Notes: a model not told the origin generated them from the letters alone. A DNA stretch of 64,000 nucleotides from Vicinamibacterales bacterium (GCA_035537875.1 DATLLJ010000035.1:29358-93357); one strand, 5' to 3'. Positions 18,308 through 28,344 are shown, numbered from the stretch's first letter. Made by a program: numbers and translations.

Positions 18308-20668
18308 ATGCTTTTGAACTTGAAGCCTGTGAGGCTCTGTCTTTCGTCGATCGCATTGGTGGCGCTGCTCGGCTCCTCCTCGTCCGCTCAGACACCAGCG
18401 ACGGCCTCGGGCGGCTCTCAACCTCAAGGCGAAGGGACAGGCCGGGGCAATCCGGGAACCCTGACCCTTCAAGGCGGCCAGGCGGGAGAGGTTCAGCAGG
18501 CACCGCGGTCCAGCGCGGCCGGCGGCCGACCGACGCTCACGGCCGTCCGTGCCGAGCAGGCACCGACGATCGACGGACGCCTGGACGATGCCATCTGGCG
18601 CAACGCCGCCCTGATCGACACGTTCGTGCAGGAAGAGCCGCTCGAAGGCGCCCCGGCGACGGAGAGAACCGAAGTGCGGGTCGCGTATGACAGCGATCAG
18701 CTCTATTTCGGCATCAGGGTGTATTACTCCGACATGAGCTTGATGAGGACGAACCGTTCGGACCGCGACAAGCTCGACAACGACGACACGGTCACGGTGT
18801 ACCTGGAGCCGTTTCTCGATTACCTCCGCGGCTACGCGTTCGCGGTGAACGGATATGGCGTGCAGCGCGACTCGATGGTCGTCGTGCAGAATGCGCAAAG
18901 TACCGCGAGCGGTGAGCTCTCGTTCAACGTGCTCTATTACTCGGGCGGACAGCTTGTCGAAGACGGGTGGACGGCGGAAATGGCCATCCCGTTCAAGAGC
19001 CTCCGCTACCCTGGGAAAGGCGCCGGAGAAACCCATCGCTGGGGCTTTCAGGTCCGGCGCGAGATCAAGAGCAAGGACGAAAAGGTCGTCTGGTCGCCGG
19101 TGTCGCGGAACAACTCGAACTTCCTCGGTCAGATCGGGCAGTTGACGGGAATGACCGATCTGTCGGTTCAGCGCAACTTCGAGCTGCTGCCGACGTTCAC
19201 CGCCGTGAATACCGGTGTGCTCAACACGTCAACAGGTGAGTTCGGGACTGACAATGCCACAGACGCCGGGATCGGTGCCAAGTACGGCATCACGTCGAAC
19301 CTGACCTTCGACTTCACTTACAATCCCGACTTCTCGCAGATCGAGTCCGACACCCAGCAGATCGAGATCAACCAGCGCTTCCCGCTCAATTACCCGGAGC
19401 TGCGACCGTTCTTTCTTGAAGGGCGCGAGATCTACGAGATTCCCGGTCGACCGCAGCCGGTGCAGACGCGCAAGATTGTCGACCCCAGGTACGGCGCCAA
19501 GCTGACAGGAAAAGTCGCACAGCGCTGGTCGGTCGGCATGTTCGTCGCCGACGACGAGGCGCCTGGCAAAGTGGACGACATCGCCAGCCCGGCATACGGA
19601 CAACGGGCGCAGAACGTGCTCGGCAGGGTCAAGTACGATTTGTACCGGAACTCGCACGTTGGCGTCATCTTCACCGACCGCGAGTTCCTCAACGACTTCA
19701 GCCGGCTCATCATGACGGACACGGGACTTCGCCTTGGCGAGACCGGGAATTTCGGGTGGCGGTTCTACAAGTCGAGCCAGGAGGAAGCCTCGATCCCGAA
19801 GCAAGGCTGGGCGACGGAAATGAGCATCCGACGGAACAGCCGGAACATCAACTGGGCCGTCATCGCCAATGCGATCTCACCCGAGTTCGGCAACGCGCTC
19901 AGCTTCGTGCAGCGCACCGACCAGATACAAATCATGGCGCCGCAGTTCTCCTACCAGTGGTACCCGGAGGGCTTGATCCGCAACTGGAGCGCCGGCTACA
20001 ACATGCCGCGACTCTACGATTTCGACAGTCACGAGCTGCTCGAGGCCAACTACCAGCCGAACGTGCGCTTCCAGTTCGCGAGGAACGTGCGCGTCGATGC
20101 GAGCGTCCTTCGGCAAATGGAGAGCTATCGTGGCATCGATTTCTGGAAGACGCGGTGGAACCTCTCGGGCAACGTCAATACGAGCCGCAAGATCTTGTTC
20201 TCCTACGGCGTGAGCGACGGAGATCAGATCCGCTTCGTCGCGAACCCCTTCCTGGGCAGGCTGCTCGATTACAACGTGTCGGCGACCTTCCGTCCGACCT
20301 CGCGCCTCGACTCGCGCCTGCAGATCGACGTCAACCGGTTCACCGACCCCGTGGAGCAGCGCCAGGAATTCCACGTGCGGATCCTCCGCTCGTCGACGAC
20401 CTACCAGTTCACGCCGCGGCTGTTGGTGCGCAACATCCTCGAGCTCAACACGGGAGCCGGCTCGAACCACACGCTCTTCGAGAACATCCTTCTGACGTAC
20501 CGCGTGAATTCCGGGACCGTCTTCTACTTCGGCTACGACGATCGCTTCAAGGAAGCCAACGCGATCAACGCCCAGCTGTTCTCGGATCCCGCCTACAAGC
20601 GCACGAATCGAGCCATCTTCACCAAGTTGCAGTACCTGTTCCGCAGCGGGGGCGGCGGCGGGGAGTAA
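18308..20668 (+). CDS. CBM9-like + DUF5916-type barrel protein, paralog 2
   Basis: Collinear with paralog 1 over its full length. Most positions are identical in the N-terminal block. Signal peptide ..LLGSSSSAQ. Confidence 0.8.
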   Translation: MLLNLKPVRLCLSSIALVALLGSSSSAQTPATASGGSQPQGEGTGRGNPGTLTLQGGQAGEVQQAPRSSAAGGRPTLTAVRAEQAPTIDGRLDDAIWRNAALIDTFVQEEPLEGAPATERTEVRVAYDSDQLYFGIRVYYSDMSLMRTNRSDRDKLDNDDTVTVYLEPFLDYLRGYAFAVNGYGVQRDSMVVVQNAQSTASGELSFNVLYYSGGQLVEDGWTAEMAIPFKSLRYPGKGAGETHRWGFQVRREIKSKDEKVVWSPVSRNNSNFLGQIGQLTGMTDLSVQRNFELLPTFTAVNTGVLNTSTGEFGTDNATDAGIGAKYGITSNLTFDFTYNPDFSQIESDTQQIEINQRFPLNYPELRPFFLEGREIYEIPGRPQPVQTRKIVDPRYGAKLTGKVAQRWSVGMFVADDEAPGKVDDIASPAYGQRAQNVLGRVKYDLYRNSHVGVIFTDREFLNDFSRLIMTDTGLRLGETGNFGWRFYKSSQEEASIPKQGWATEMSIRRNSRNINWAVIANAISPEFGNALSFVQRTDQIQIMAPQFSYQWYPEGLIRNWSAGYNMPRLYDFDSHELLEANYQPNVRFQFARNVRVDASVLRQMESYRGIDFWKTRWNLSGNVNTSRKILFSYGVSDGDQIRFVANPFLGRLLDYNVSATFRPTSRLDSRLQIDVNRFTDPVEQRQEFHVRILRSSTTYQFTPRLLVRNILELNTGAGSNHTLFENILLTYRVNSGTVFYFGYDDRFKEANAINAQLFSDPAYKRTNRAIFTKLQYLFRSGGGGGE

Positions 20669-20702
20669 GCATTAGCCCGACCAGGTTCAGGCGGGAGACA
20701 TC

Positions 20703-23003
20703 ATGGGCACAAAGGACGTCATACGCTTTCCCTTTGTGGTCGTCGTGTTGGCCCTGCTCGTGTTGTCGACGTCGACAGCCCTGGCCCAGAACGCGCCGGG
20801 AACGCTCGCCCTTCAGCCCACGCAGGGAGGGACCGAGCCGGCTCGTCCCGCGCCTGGCGCTCGACCAACCGTCACCGCTCTTCTCGCCGAACAGGCCCCC
20901 ACGATCGACGGCAGACTCGACGACGCGATCTGGCGCACGGCGGCGCTGATCGACACCTTTGTGCAGGAGGAACCAATCGAAGGCGCACCTGCCACGGAGC
21001 AGACCGAAGTGCGCGTTGCATTCGATCGCGAGACGCTGTTCTTCGGGATTCAAGTGCACTACTCCGACGTGAACTTGAGACGTGCCAACCGCTCCGATCG
21101 CGACAAGCTCGACAATGACGACACGGTCACAGTCACCCTCGAGCCGTTTCTGGACTATCTGCGCGGCTATTCCTTCTCCGTGAACGGGTACGGGGTGCAG
21201 AGCGATTCCATGATCGTCGTGCAGAACAATCAGAGCAGCGCCGGCGGCAATCTTTCGTTCAATGCGCTGTACTACTCGGGCGGGCAGCTATCTGAGGACG
21301 GATGGACAGCCGAGATCGGGATCCCCATCAAGAGCCTGCGCTATCCGAGCCGCAAAGCGGGCGAGCCGCATCGCTGGGGATTGCAGGTTCGACGCGAGAT
21401 CAAGAGCAGGGACGAATCCGATGTCTGGGCCCCCGTCTCGCGCAACAATCCCAATTACCTGGCTCAGATCGGCGTCCTGACGGGGATGACCGACTTCTCG
21501 ACGCAACGCAACTTCGAGCTGCTTCCGACCCTCACCGCAGTGTCGAGCACGCGGCTCAACCCGACGTCGGGCGAGTTCGTGGACGACACCTCCGGCGAAG
21601 GTGGAGTCGGCTTGAAGTACGGCATCAATTCGAATCTGACGTTCGACTTCACGTACAACCCCGACTTTTCCCAGATTGAATCGGAGACGCAGCAGATCGA
21701 CGTCAATCAGCGTTTCCCGCTGCAGTACCCCGAGCTGCGGCCCTTCTTCCTCGAAGGTCAGGAGATCTTCAACATCGTCGGCATGCCGCGTGCCGTGGAA
21801 ACCCGGAACATCGTTGACCCGCGCATCGGCGCCAAACTGAGCGGCAAGGTGGGCGATCGGTCGTCGATCGGTGTGCTGTTCGCGGACGACGAGGCCCCTG
21901 GCCGCACCGATCTTGAGACCGATCCCGCATTTGGCCGTCGCGCTCGAAGCGTGATCGCTCGGTACAAGTACGACTTGTACCGCAACGCGCACGTCGGCGG
22001 ATTGTTCACCGATCGCGAGTTCCTGAGCAATTACAGTCGGCTCGTCGCCTTCGACACGGCCCTCCCCTTCGCGGGGACCAGAAACATCGGGTACCGCTTC
22101 TTCAAATCCGAGCTCGAAGAGAACAACGCACGCAGGAGCGGCTGGGCCATGGAAGGGACGGTTCGACAGAATGCCCGAAACTTGAGCTGGGGGGCGGTCA
22201 CGACGTGGATGTCGCCGGAGTTCGCCAGTCGGCTCAGCTTCGTCCGCCGGGTGAACACCATCGAGAACCGGTACAACGTCGGCTACAAGTGGTACCCGGA
22301 GAGCTGGATCCGCAATTGGGGTCCTGGCTTCAACGTCGGCTGGCTGCACGACTACGACGGTATCCTCCAGAACCGCACCGACTGGAATCCCAGCGTCAGT
22401 TTCGTCTTCGACAAGAACATCACGCTCAACGCGAACGTCGCGCGCACCATGGAGCTGTATCGCGGCATCGAGTTCGTCAAGACGAACTGGACGGTATCGG
22501 GCAGCGTCAACACCAGCCGCAAAGTCCTCTTCTCGGCGGGCCTCACAAACGGGGACGAAATCCGGTTCATCGCGAACCCGTTTCTCGGCCGGTTGATGGA
22601 TTACAATGTGACCGCGACGTTCCGCCCGTTTTCGCGGTTGCAGTCGATCCTGAGAATGGACGGCAACCGTTTCCGGGATCCAGTCAACCAGGAGCAGGAG
22701 TTCCACGTCCGCATCTGGCGTTCGACGACCACTTACCAGTTCACCTCACGCTTGCTCGTCCGGAATATCTTCGAGTTGAACAGCGGAGAGGGATCGAACC
22801 ACACGTTGTTCGAGAACATCCTGTTGACGTATCGGGTGAACTCGGGCACCGTCTTCTACTTCGGTTACGACGATCGCTTCAAGGAGGGCGGGGCGATCAA
22901 CCCACAGCTGTTCTCCGATCCCACCTACCGCCGAACCAACCGAGCCGTATTTACCAAGCTCCAGTACCTCTTCAGGAGCGGTGGTACCGGCAGCGAGAGT
23001 TAG
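20703..23003 (+). CDS. CBM9-like + DUF5916-type barrel protein, paralog 3
   Basis: Collinear with paralogs 1 and 2. Starts 34 nt after paralog 2. Signal peptide ..STSTALAQ. Confidence 0.8.
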   Translation: MGTKDVIRFPFVVVVLALLVLSTSTALAQNAPGTLALQPTQGGTEPARPAPGARPTVTALLAEQAPTIDGRLDDAIWRTAALIDTFVQEEPIEGAPATEQTEVRVAFDRETLFFGIQVHYSDVNLRRANRSDRDKLDNDDTVTVTLEPFLDYLRGYSFSVNGYGVQSDSMIVVQNNQSSAGGNLSFNALYYSGGQLSEDGWTAEIGIPIKSLRYPSRKAGEPHRWGLQVRREIKSRDESDVWAPVSRNNPNYLAQIGVLTGMTDFSTQRNFELLPTLTAVSSTRLNPTSGEFVDDTSGEGGVGLKYGINSNLTFDFTYNPDFSQIESETQQIDVNQRFPLQYPELRPFFLEGQEIFNIVGMPRAVETRNIVDPRIGAKLSGKVGDRSSIGVLFADDEAPGRTDLETDPAFGRRARSVIARYKYDLYRNAHVGGLFTDREFLSNYSRLVAFDTALPFAGTRNIGYRFFKSELEENNARRSGWAMEGTVRQNARNLSWGAVTTWMSPEFASRLSFVRRVNTIENRYNVGYKWYPESWIRNWGPGFNVGWLHDYDGILQNRTDWNPSVSFVFDKNITLNANVARTMELYRGIEFVKTNWTVSGSVNTSRKVLFSAGLTNGDEIRFIANPFLGRLMDYNVTATFRPFSRLQSILRMDGNRFRDPVNQEQEFHVRIWRSTTTYQFTSRLLVRNIFELNSGEGSNHTLFENILLTYRVNSGTVFYFGYDDRFKEGGAINPQLFSDPTYRRTNRAVFTKLQYLFRSGGTGSES

Positions 23004-23217
23004 TTCGGCGACGACTCGAGATGACAGCGAAGACAGTCAGCTGTCGTCGTACAGAACTCATCCATACCTCGCATACACGTCGCACTCGCCCGTGTTTTCT
23101 GCCTTTTGTGTAGCGGCTGTGTAGTTCCTACCGGAACAGCGGTCGCACCGAGTAGCGAGTCACTTGCCGCGCGAATCGAATCTAGAAATTTCCTAGACAT
23201 CTGCGCCTAGTCTGCTT

Positions 23218-23233
23218 TGGCGACGACTTTGCC
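23218..23233 (+). promoter_or_regulatory. Weak sigma-54-like -24/-12 element
   Basis: TGGCgacgacTTTGCc has GG-N10-GC spacing and lies 30 nt upstream of ATG 23263. This is a single-site pattern match only. Confidence 0.2.
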
Positions 23234-23262
23234 AGTGTCCGCGAGCAAAGGACGACACCCTC

Positions 23263-25827
23263 ATGCTCAGATGGCGCAGAGCCGCCGTGATCGGCGGAAC
23301 GTTCGTGGTGTGTACCACTGCAAGTTCAGTCCAGGCTCAAACGGGTCCACGCATCGCGTGGGACGGTCAGGTCGCGCCGGCGATCAGTGGGTACGCGGTC
23401 ACGATCGATGGCGTTCGCACCAACTACGGGACGAGCCCGGTGATTAATGGCGCCTGCGGATGTTCCATCCCAGCCCCCTTCTCAGGTGGTAGACACACGA
23501 TTGTCGTCATCGCCTACAACTCGAGCGGCGAGACGCCATCGGCGCCGCTCACCGTCGGACCGGTCGCCAACGCTGGTGGACCTTACTCTGGTACGGCCGG
23601 CGCTGCGGTCGCCGTCATCGGCAGCAGCTCGGTGGCGCCCACAGGCAGCCTGACCAACTACACCTGGCGCTGGGGAGACGGAACGGCCGATACGAGCTCG
23701 TCTTCGGCGTCCGCGTCGCACGTGTACGCGGCGAGCGGCACATTTACGGTCACGCTGACGGTGAGAGACAACGCAGGCGCGACGGCGTCGGCCTCAACGA
23801 CCGCGACGATAGCCAGCGCCGCCCAGGCGCCGGCGGCTCTGCCGACGCCCTGGCTCACTCAAGACATCGGAAACGTTGGTCTCGCAGGAAGCGCGTCGTA
23901 TTCGTCCGGCCGATTCACGGTGGCTGGCGCCGGCGTGGACATCTATGGAAACGCAGACGCTTTCCGGTATGTGTACCACCCGCTTGCCGGTGACGGTCAG
24001 ATCGTCGCCCGCGTGGTCAGCACTCAAAACACGCACATCTACGCGAAGGCCGGCGTGATGATCCGGGAGTCGTTGACGCCCGGATCACCGCAAGCGGCCG
24101 TTGTGCTTCTTCCGGATGGCACAATCGAGTTCCTGACGAGATCGGTGGCCAATGGCGCGACCACGATTCCCGGCACGACATCGCAGTCGCCGCCGACGTG
24201 GCTGAAACTCGTGCGCACAGGAAACTCCATCGTCGCGTCGGTATCGGCCGACGGATCCGCATGGTCTGTAGTCGGGACGACGAACGTGACGATGACCGCT
24301 ACCGTCCAGATCGGCCTCGCCGTCACGAGCCATACGACGTCGCAGTTGAACACATCGGTGTTCGACAATGTGAGCGTCACGACCGGCAGCTCGACACAGC
24401 CGCCGGCAACTCCAAGCTCTCCGATGCCGAGCAACGGGGCCACCGGGGTGGCGCTGACATCAAGTCTGACGTGGAGCGCGATTGGCGCGACTTCTTACGA
24501 CGTCCGTTTCGGCACGACCAATCCACCGCCACAGGTAGCCACTGCCCTGGCTTCGCCGTCGTACCGCCCGGCATCGATGAACGGCAATACGAAGTACTAC
24601 TGGCAGGTCGTCGCCCGAAACGCCGGCGGATCCTCCACCGGTCCGGTCTGGTCGTTTACAGCAGCACCTCAATCAACCAGCACAGCCGTGCCGGCTCCGT
24701 GGGCGAATCAGGACATCGGTAGCGTGGGGTTGACCGGCAGCGCGTCATTGTCATCGGGCACCTTCTCCGTGTCGGGAAGCGGCAACGATATCTGGGGCAA
24801 GTCTGACGCCTTCCACTACGTCCACCAGCCACTGACGGGCGACGGTCAGATCGTGGCTCGCGTGACGAGCCTGGAGAATACTCATAGCGCCGCCGCGGCC
24901 GGGATCATGGTTCGAGACACCCTGACGGCCGGATCGCGGCATGTGCTCTTGTCCGTGAGTCCCGGTGGCGACGTCGGACTTCTTCGCCGAGCCAACTCGG
25001 GCGGCACCACGTCGAACGTTGCGAGTGGCTCGCAGTCCACGCCCGCCTGGCTCAAGCTCGTCCGGGTTGGGTCGACCATCACCGGTTACGTTTCCAATAA
25101 CGGTTCGGCGTGGACCCAGGTTGGATCCACGACGCTGACGCTCGGCTCGACACCCTCCATTGGGTTAATCGTCACCAGCCATGACGATACGACGCTGAAC
25201 ACGGCGACCTTCGACTCCGTCAGCGTCACGTACGGCGGATCCGCACCACCCCCGACAACCTCCAGCGGCAACGTCGTCATCTACGCGAGCGATATCCCCG
25301 CATCCGCGCGTCACGGCTCGTGGCAGACCGCCAGCGATCCGCTGTCGCCTGGTCTCGTGAAACTCAGGACTCCTGACAACGGCTTCCAGAGCTCGTCGGC
25401 ACCCTTGGCGGCGCCGACGGATTACGTGGACGTCACGTTCAATGCCGACGCGAACAAGCCTTATCGTCTCTGGCTGCGCCTGCGCGCGTCCGGCAATTCC
25501 GTGTCCAACGATTCCGTATGGGTGCAGTTTTCAGACGCACTGGTCAATGGAAGCCCGATGTTCCGAACGAACACGACGTCGGGCCTGCTCGTCAATCTCG
25601 TGGAAGATGCTTCGACCTTCCCGTTGGACTGGGGCTGGCGGAACACGACTTACTGGCTATCGCAGCCGACGACGTTCACATTCCCCACGAGCGGAATGCA
25701 CACAATCCGGATTCAGGTTCGTGAAGACGGCGTCGAGTTCGATCAGATTGTCCTGAGTCCCACCACGTATCTGAACACGCCGCCTGGGCCGATGACGGGA
25801 GATTCGACAATCGTTCCAAAAGAGTGA
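23263..25827 (+). CDS. Large secreted PKD / FN3-like / duplicated ConA-lectin-like / C-terminal CBM-like protein
   Basis: Signal peptide. PKD-like segment (NYTWRWGDGT..HVYAASGTFTVTLTVRDNAG). Two ~180-aa repeats (PW..QDIG.VGL.GSAS..G.F.V.G.G.DI.G..DAF.YV..PL.GDGQIVARV..). C-terminal beta-sandwich-like domain. Confidence 0.8.
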   Translation: MLRWRRAAVIGGTFVVCTTASSVQAQTGPRIAWDGQVAPAISGYAVTIDGVRTNYGTSPVINGACGCSIPAPFSGGRHTIVVIAYNSSGETPSAPLTVGPVANAGGPYSGTAGAAVAVIGSSSVAPTGSLTNYTWRWGDGTADTSSSSASASHVYAASGTFTVTLTVRDNAGATASASTTATIASAAQAPAALPTPWLTQDIGNVGLAGSASYSSGRFTVAGAGVDIYGNADAFRYVYHPLAGDGQIVARVVSTQNTHIYAKAGVMIRESLTPGSPQAAVVLLPDGTIEFLTRSVANGATTIPGTTSQSPPTWLKLVRTGNSIVASVSADGSAWSVVGTTNVTMTATVQIGLAVTSHTTSQLNTSVFDNVSVTTGSSTQPPATPSSPMPSNGATGVALTSSLTWSAIGATSYDVRFGTTNPPPQVATALASPSYRPASMNGNTKYYWQVVARNAGGSSTGPVWSFTAAPQSTSTAVPAPWANQDIGSVGLTGSASLSSGTFSVSGSGNDIWGKSDAFHYVHQPLTGDGQIVARVTSLENTHSAAAAGIMVRDTLTAGSRHVLLSVSPGGDVGLLRRANSGGTTSNVASGSQSTPAWLKLVRVGSTITGYVSNNGSAWTQVGSTTLTLGSTPSIGLIVTSHDDTTLNTATFDSVSVTYGGSAPPPTTSSGNVVIYASDIPASARHGSWQTASDPLSPGLVKLRTPDNGFQSSSAPLAAPTDYVDVTFNADANKPYRLWLRLRASGNSVSNDSVWVQFSDALVNGSPMFRTNTTSGLLVNLVEDASTFPLDWGWRNTTYWLSQPTTFTFPTSGMHTIRIQVREDGVEFDQIVLSPTTYLNTPPGPMTGDSTIVPKE

Positions 25828-25837
25828 AAATTCGCCA

Positions 25838-25868
25838 CCAGAGCAGCCGGCGCTTCCGGCTGCTCTGG
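25838..25868 (+). terminator. Stem-loop after the PKD protein gene
   Basis: Perfect 13-bp arms ccagagcagccgg / ccggctgctctgg with a 5-nt loop, 11 nt after the stop. Confidence 0.55.
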
Positions 25869-25896
25869 AGCCCGTCATCGACCGAAACACGAAAAG

Positions 25897-28344
25897 ATGA
25901 CGTGGCTCGCTGGCGGCGTCCTGTACTCGGTGGCCTATCTCGTCGCCGGCTCGTACTTGCGCGGAAATGCAACCTCGCTGGTCTGGCTCCGGATCGGCGC
26001 GCTTCTGATCCCTCCGCTCGTCGGCATTGTCATCATCGCCAGACGCCGCCAGGAATGGAGAGGCTGCCAGTGGCTCTTCTGGGCGACCATCGCTCTCGGT
26101 CTCTCGACAACCGCCATCGGCATCGTCGGCTGGACCGTCGACGAAATGCTCCTCGAGCACGAGACGTCGTGGCTCGGTTGGTACACGGTGTTCGCGCTGT
26201 TCGGTTCGATTGCTCCCCTGTTTGCGATGCTGGCTCAGCCCCACCGCGGGACGAGAGAATCGTCGACAGCCAGCACCGCCGTGGATATCGCCGGCATCGC
26301 GGTGATGACCGGGTTCCTGTATTCACACTTCGTGGTCGGCTCGAATCTGTCGCCGCTCACGACCCGGGAACCGTCGCTGCCGCTGGTTCTCCTGCACGAG
26401 CTGCAGCAGCTGCTGGTGTTCGCGGCGCTCGCCGTGGCGGCGCTCGCTTCCAGAGGCTCGACGTGGGCCGCGACCTACCGACGTCTGGCACTCGGCCTGC
26501 TGGTCAGCTTCACCATCCTGACGATTAGCAATCTCGGAATCCTGCAGGGCCTGTACCGGTCCGGCGGCGTCTACGACGTGATCTGGATTCTACCGTTTGC
26601 GTTCTTCGCGTGGGCGGCGGCATCAGCTCCAGGATCGCTCGACGACGAACAGACCGCTGCCAACCATCCGGTGACGCCGTCACGCCCGTGGGTGGTCTTC
26701 GGATCGCTCGCGACGCTGCCGATTCTCGATTTCGGCCTCCGGCAGGTCGTGCCGATCGATCCATCGCTCGAAGGCTTCCGCGACCTGTCGATGGTCATCA
26801 CGATATTCTCCGTCCTGCCGCTGCTGATGGCGCGGCTGGCGGTCGAAAACGCCGACGCCCAGCACGCCGACCGCCGGCGCCTCCTTCTGGCTGCGGCGAC
26901 CGAACAGGCCGGCGATCTCATCTCGATCATGACGCCGTCCGGCGACATCGAATACGCGAACGCCGCGTTCTGCCGCGCGCTCGGCTTCGAGTCCGATGAA
27001 GTGAGTCAGATGACGGCCACTGACTTTCTGTCGAGAGAATCGCACCCGCAGCTCGATGCCATCCGCGCGGAATTGCCAAGGCACGTGTGGCGCGGCACCT
27101 TCGTTCGACGGCGCAAGGACGGCTCGACGTTCCAGTCGGCCACGAGCGTCGTCGCGCTCACGGACGCTGCCGGACAGGTGACCAACTTCGTCGCCGTCGA
27201 GAGGGACACCACGCATGAGGCCCAACTGCGCGACCAGCTGATTCACAGCGAGCGTCTCGCGGCGGTCGGGCAACTCGTCTCCGGCGTCGCGCACGAACTC
27301 AACAACCCGCTGCAGTCGATTGTCGGGTTCACCGATCTGCTCATGGCGTCCGAGCGCCGGCCGGAGGTGCGCAGCGATCTCGAACAGGTCCATGCCGCGG
27401 CCGGCCGCGCCGCCAAGATCGTCCATAACCTGCTCGCCTTCGTTCGCCGCTCGTCGACCGAACGCAGACCGGCAAGTCTCAACGACGTCGTCCAAAGTAC
27501 CGTTTCGTTGCGGAGGTACGAGCTCGTAACGACCGGCCTCGCGGTCGATGAGACGTACGAGGACCATCTTCCGCCAGTGCTGGTCAACCCAGAGGAGATT
27601 CAGCAGATCATCCTCAATATCGTGCTCAACGCCGAGCAGGCGATGCGGACCGCGGCTCGCGGGCGATTGTCCGTACGCACCTTGCGGGCAAGCGCGACCG
27701 AGATCGCCGTCGAGATTTACGACGATGGACCGGGTGTGCCGCAGGCTCTTGCCGGTCGGATCTTCGAGCCATTCTTCTCGACGAAGGACGTCGGTGAAGG
27801 AACTGGCCTCGGACTGTCGCTCGCATTGGGTATTGCCGAGGCCCACGGAGGTGGCCTGACGCTCGTGCCCACGACGTCCGGCGCCTGCTTTCGCTTGACG
27901 TTGCCGATTGCACCGTTGACGGACCAGGCGAAGACGGACGCTTCGTCTCAGGCTCTTGCCGTCGCGGCCGTGAACGGTCGCCGGGCGCTCGTCGTCGATG
28001 ACGAGCCGGCCCTGCGGCGAATGCTTCAACGTTTGCTGACGCGCCGGGGATTCACCGTGGATCTGGCGGAGGATGGCGATCGCGCCTCCAGCCTGCTCGA
28101 GCGTCACCGCTACGACGTGATCTTCTCCGACGTGCAGATGCCGAATATGGGTGGGCTGGCTCTCCTCCAATGGATCCGCCAGCGGCAACCGGCCTCGGCT
28201 TCCGCGTTCGTCTTCGTCATGGGCGGGCTCGTCACGCCTGAGCTTCAATCGGCGATCGAATCTTCCCGCATTCCCGTGCTGTCGAAACCATTTGGCGCCG
28301 CTTCGTTCGACGCGCTGCTCGGGGACCTGTTTTCCGCCGCCTGA
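25897..28344 (+). CDS. Hybrid sensor histidine kinase / response regulator (multi-TM N-terminus, PAS, HisKA, HATPase_c, REC)
   Basis: H-box SGVAHELNNPL, N/G boxes (NAEQAM, DDGPGV, GTGLGLS) and a receiver domain (LVVDDEP..DVIFSDVQMPNMGG..SKPF). Confidence 0.9.
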   Translation: MTWLAGGVLYSVAYLVAGSYLRGNATSLVWLRIGALLIPPLVGIVIIARRRQEWRGCQWLFWATIALGLSTTAIGIVGWTVDEMLLEHETSWLGWYTVFALFGSIAPLFAMLAQPHRGTRESSTASTAVDIAGIAVMTGFLYSHFVVGSNLSPLTTREPSLPLVLLHELQQLLVFAALAVAALASRGSTWAATYRRLALGLLVSFTILTISNLGILQGLYRSGGVYDVIWILPFAFFAWAAASAPGSLDDEQTAANHPVTPSRPWVVFGSLATLPILDFGLRQVVPIDPSLEGFRDLSMVITIFSVLPLLMARLAVENADAQHADRRRLLLAAATEQAGDLISIMTPSGDIEYANAAFCRALGFESDEVSQMTATDFLSRESHPQLDAIRAELPRHVWRGTFVRRRKDGSTFQSATSVVALTDAAGQVTNFVAVERDTTHEAQLRDQLIHSERLAAVGQLVSGVAHELNNPLQSIVGFTDLLMASERRPEVRSDLEQVHAAAGRAAKIVHNLLAFVRRSSTERRPASLNDVVQSTVSLRRYELVTTGLAVDETYEDHLPPVLVNPEEIQQIILNIVLNAEQAMRTAARGRLSVRTLRASATEIAVEIYDDGPGVPQALAGRIFEPFFSTKDVGEGTGLGLSLALGIAEAHGGGLTLVPTTSGACFRLTLPIAPLTDQAKTDASSQALAVAAVNGRRALVVDDEPALRRMLQRLLTRRGFTVDLAEDGDRASSLLERHRYDVIFSDVQMPNMGGLALLQWIRQRQPASASAFVFVMGGLVTPELQSAIESSRIPVLSKPFGAASFDALLGDLFSAA

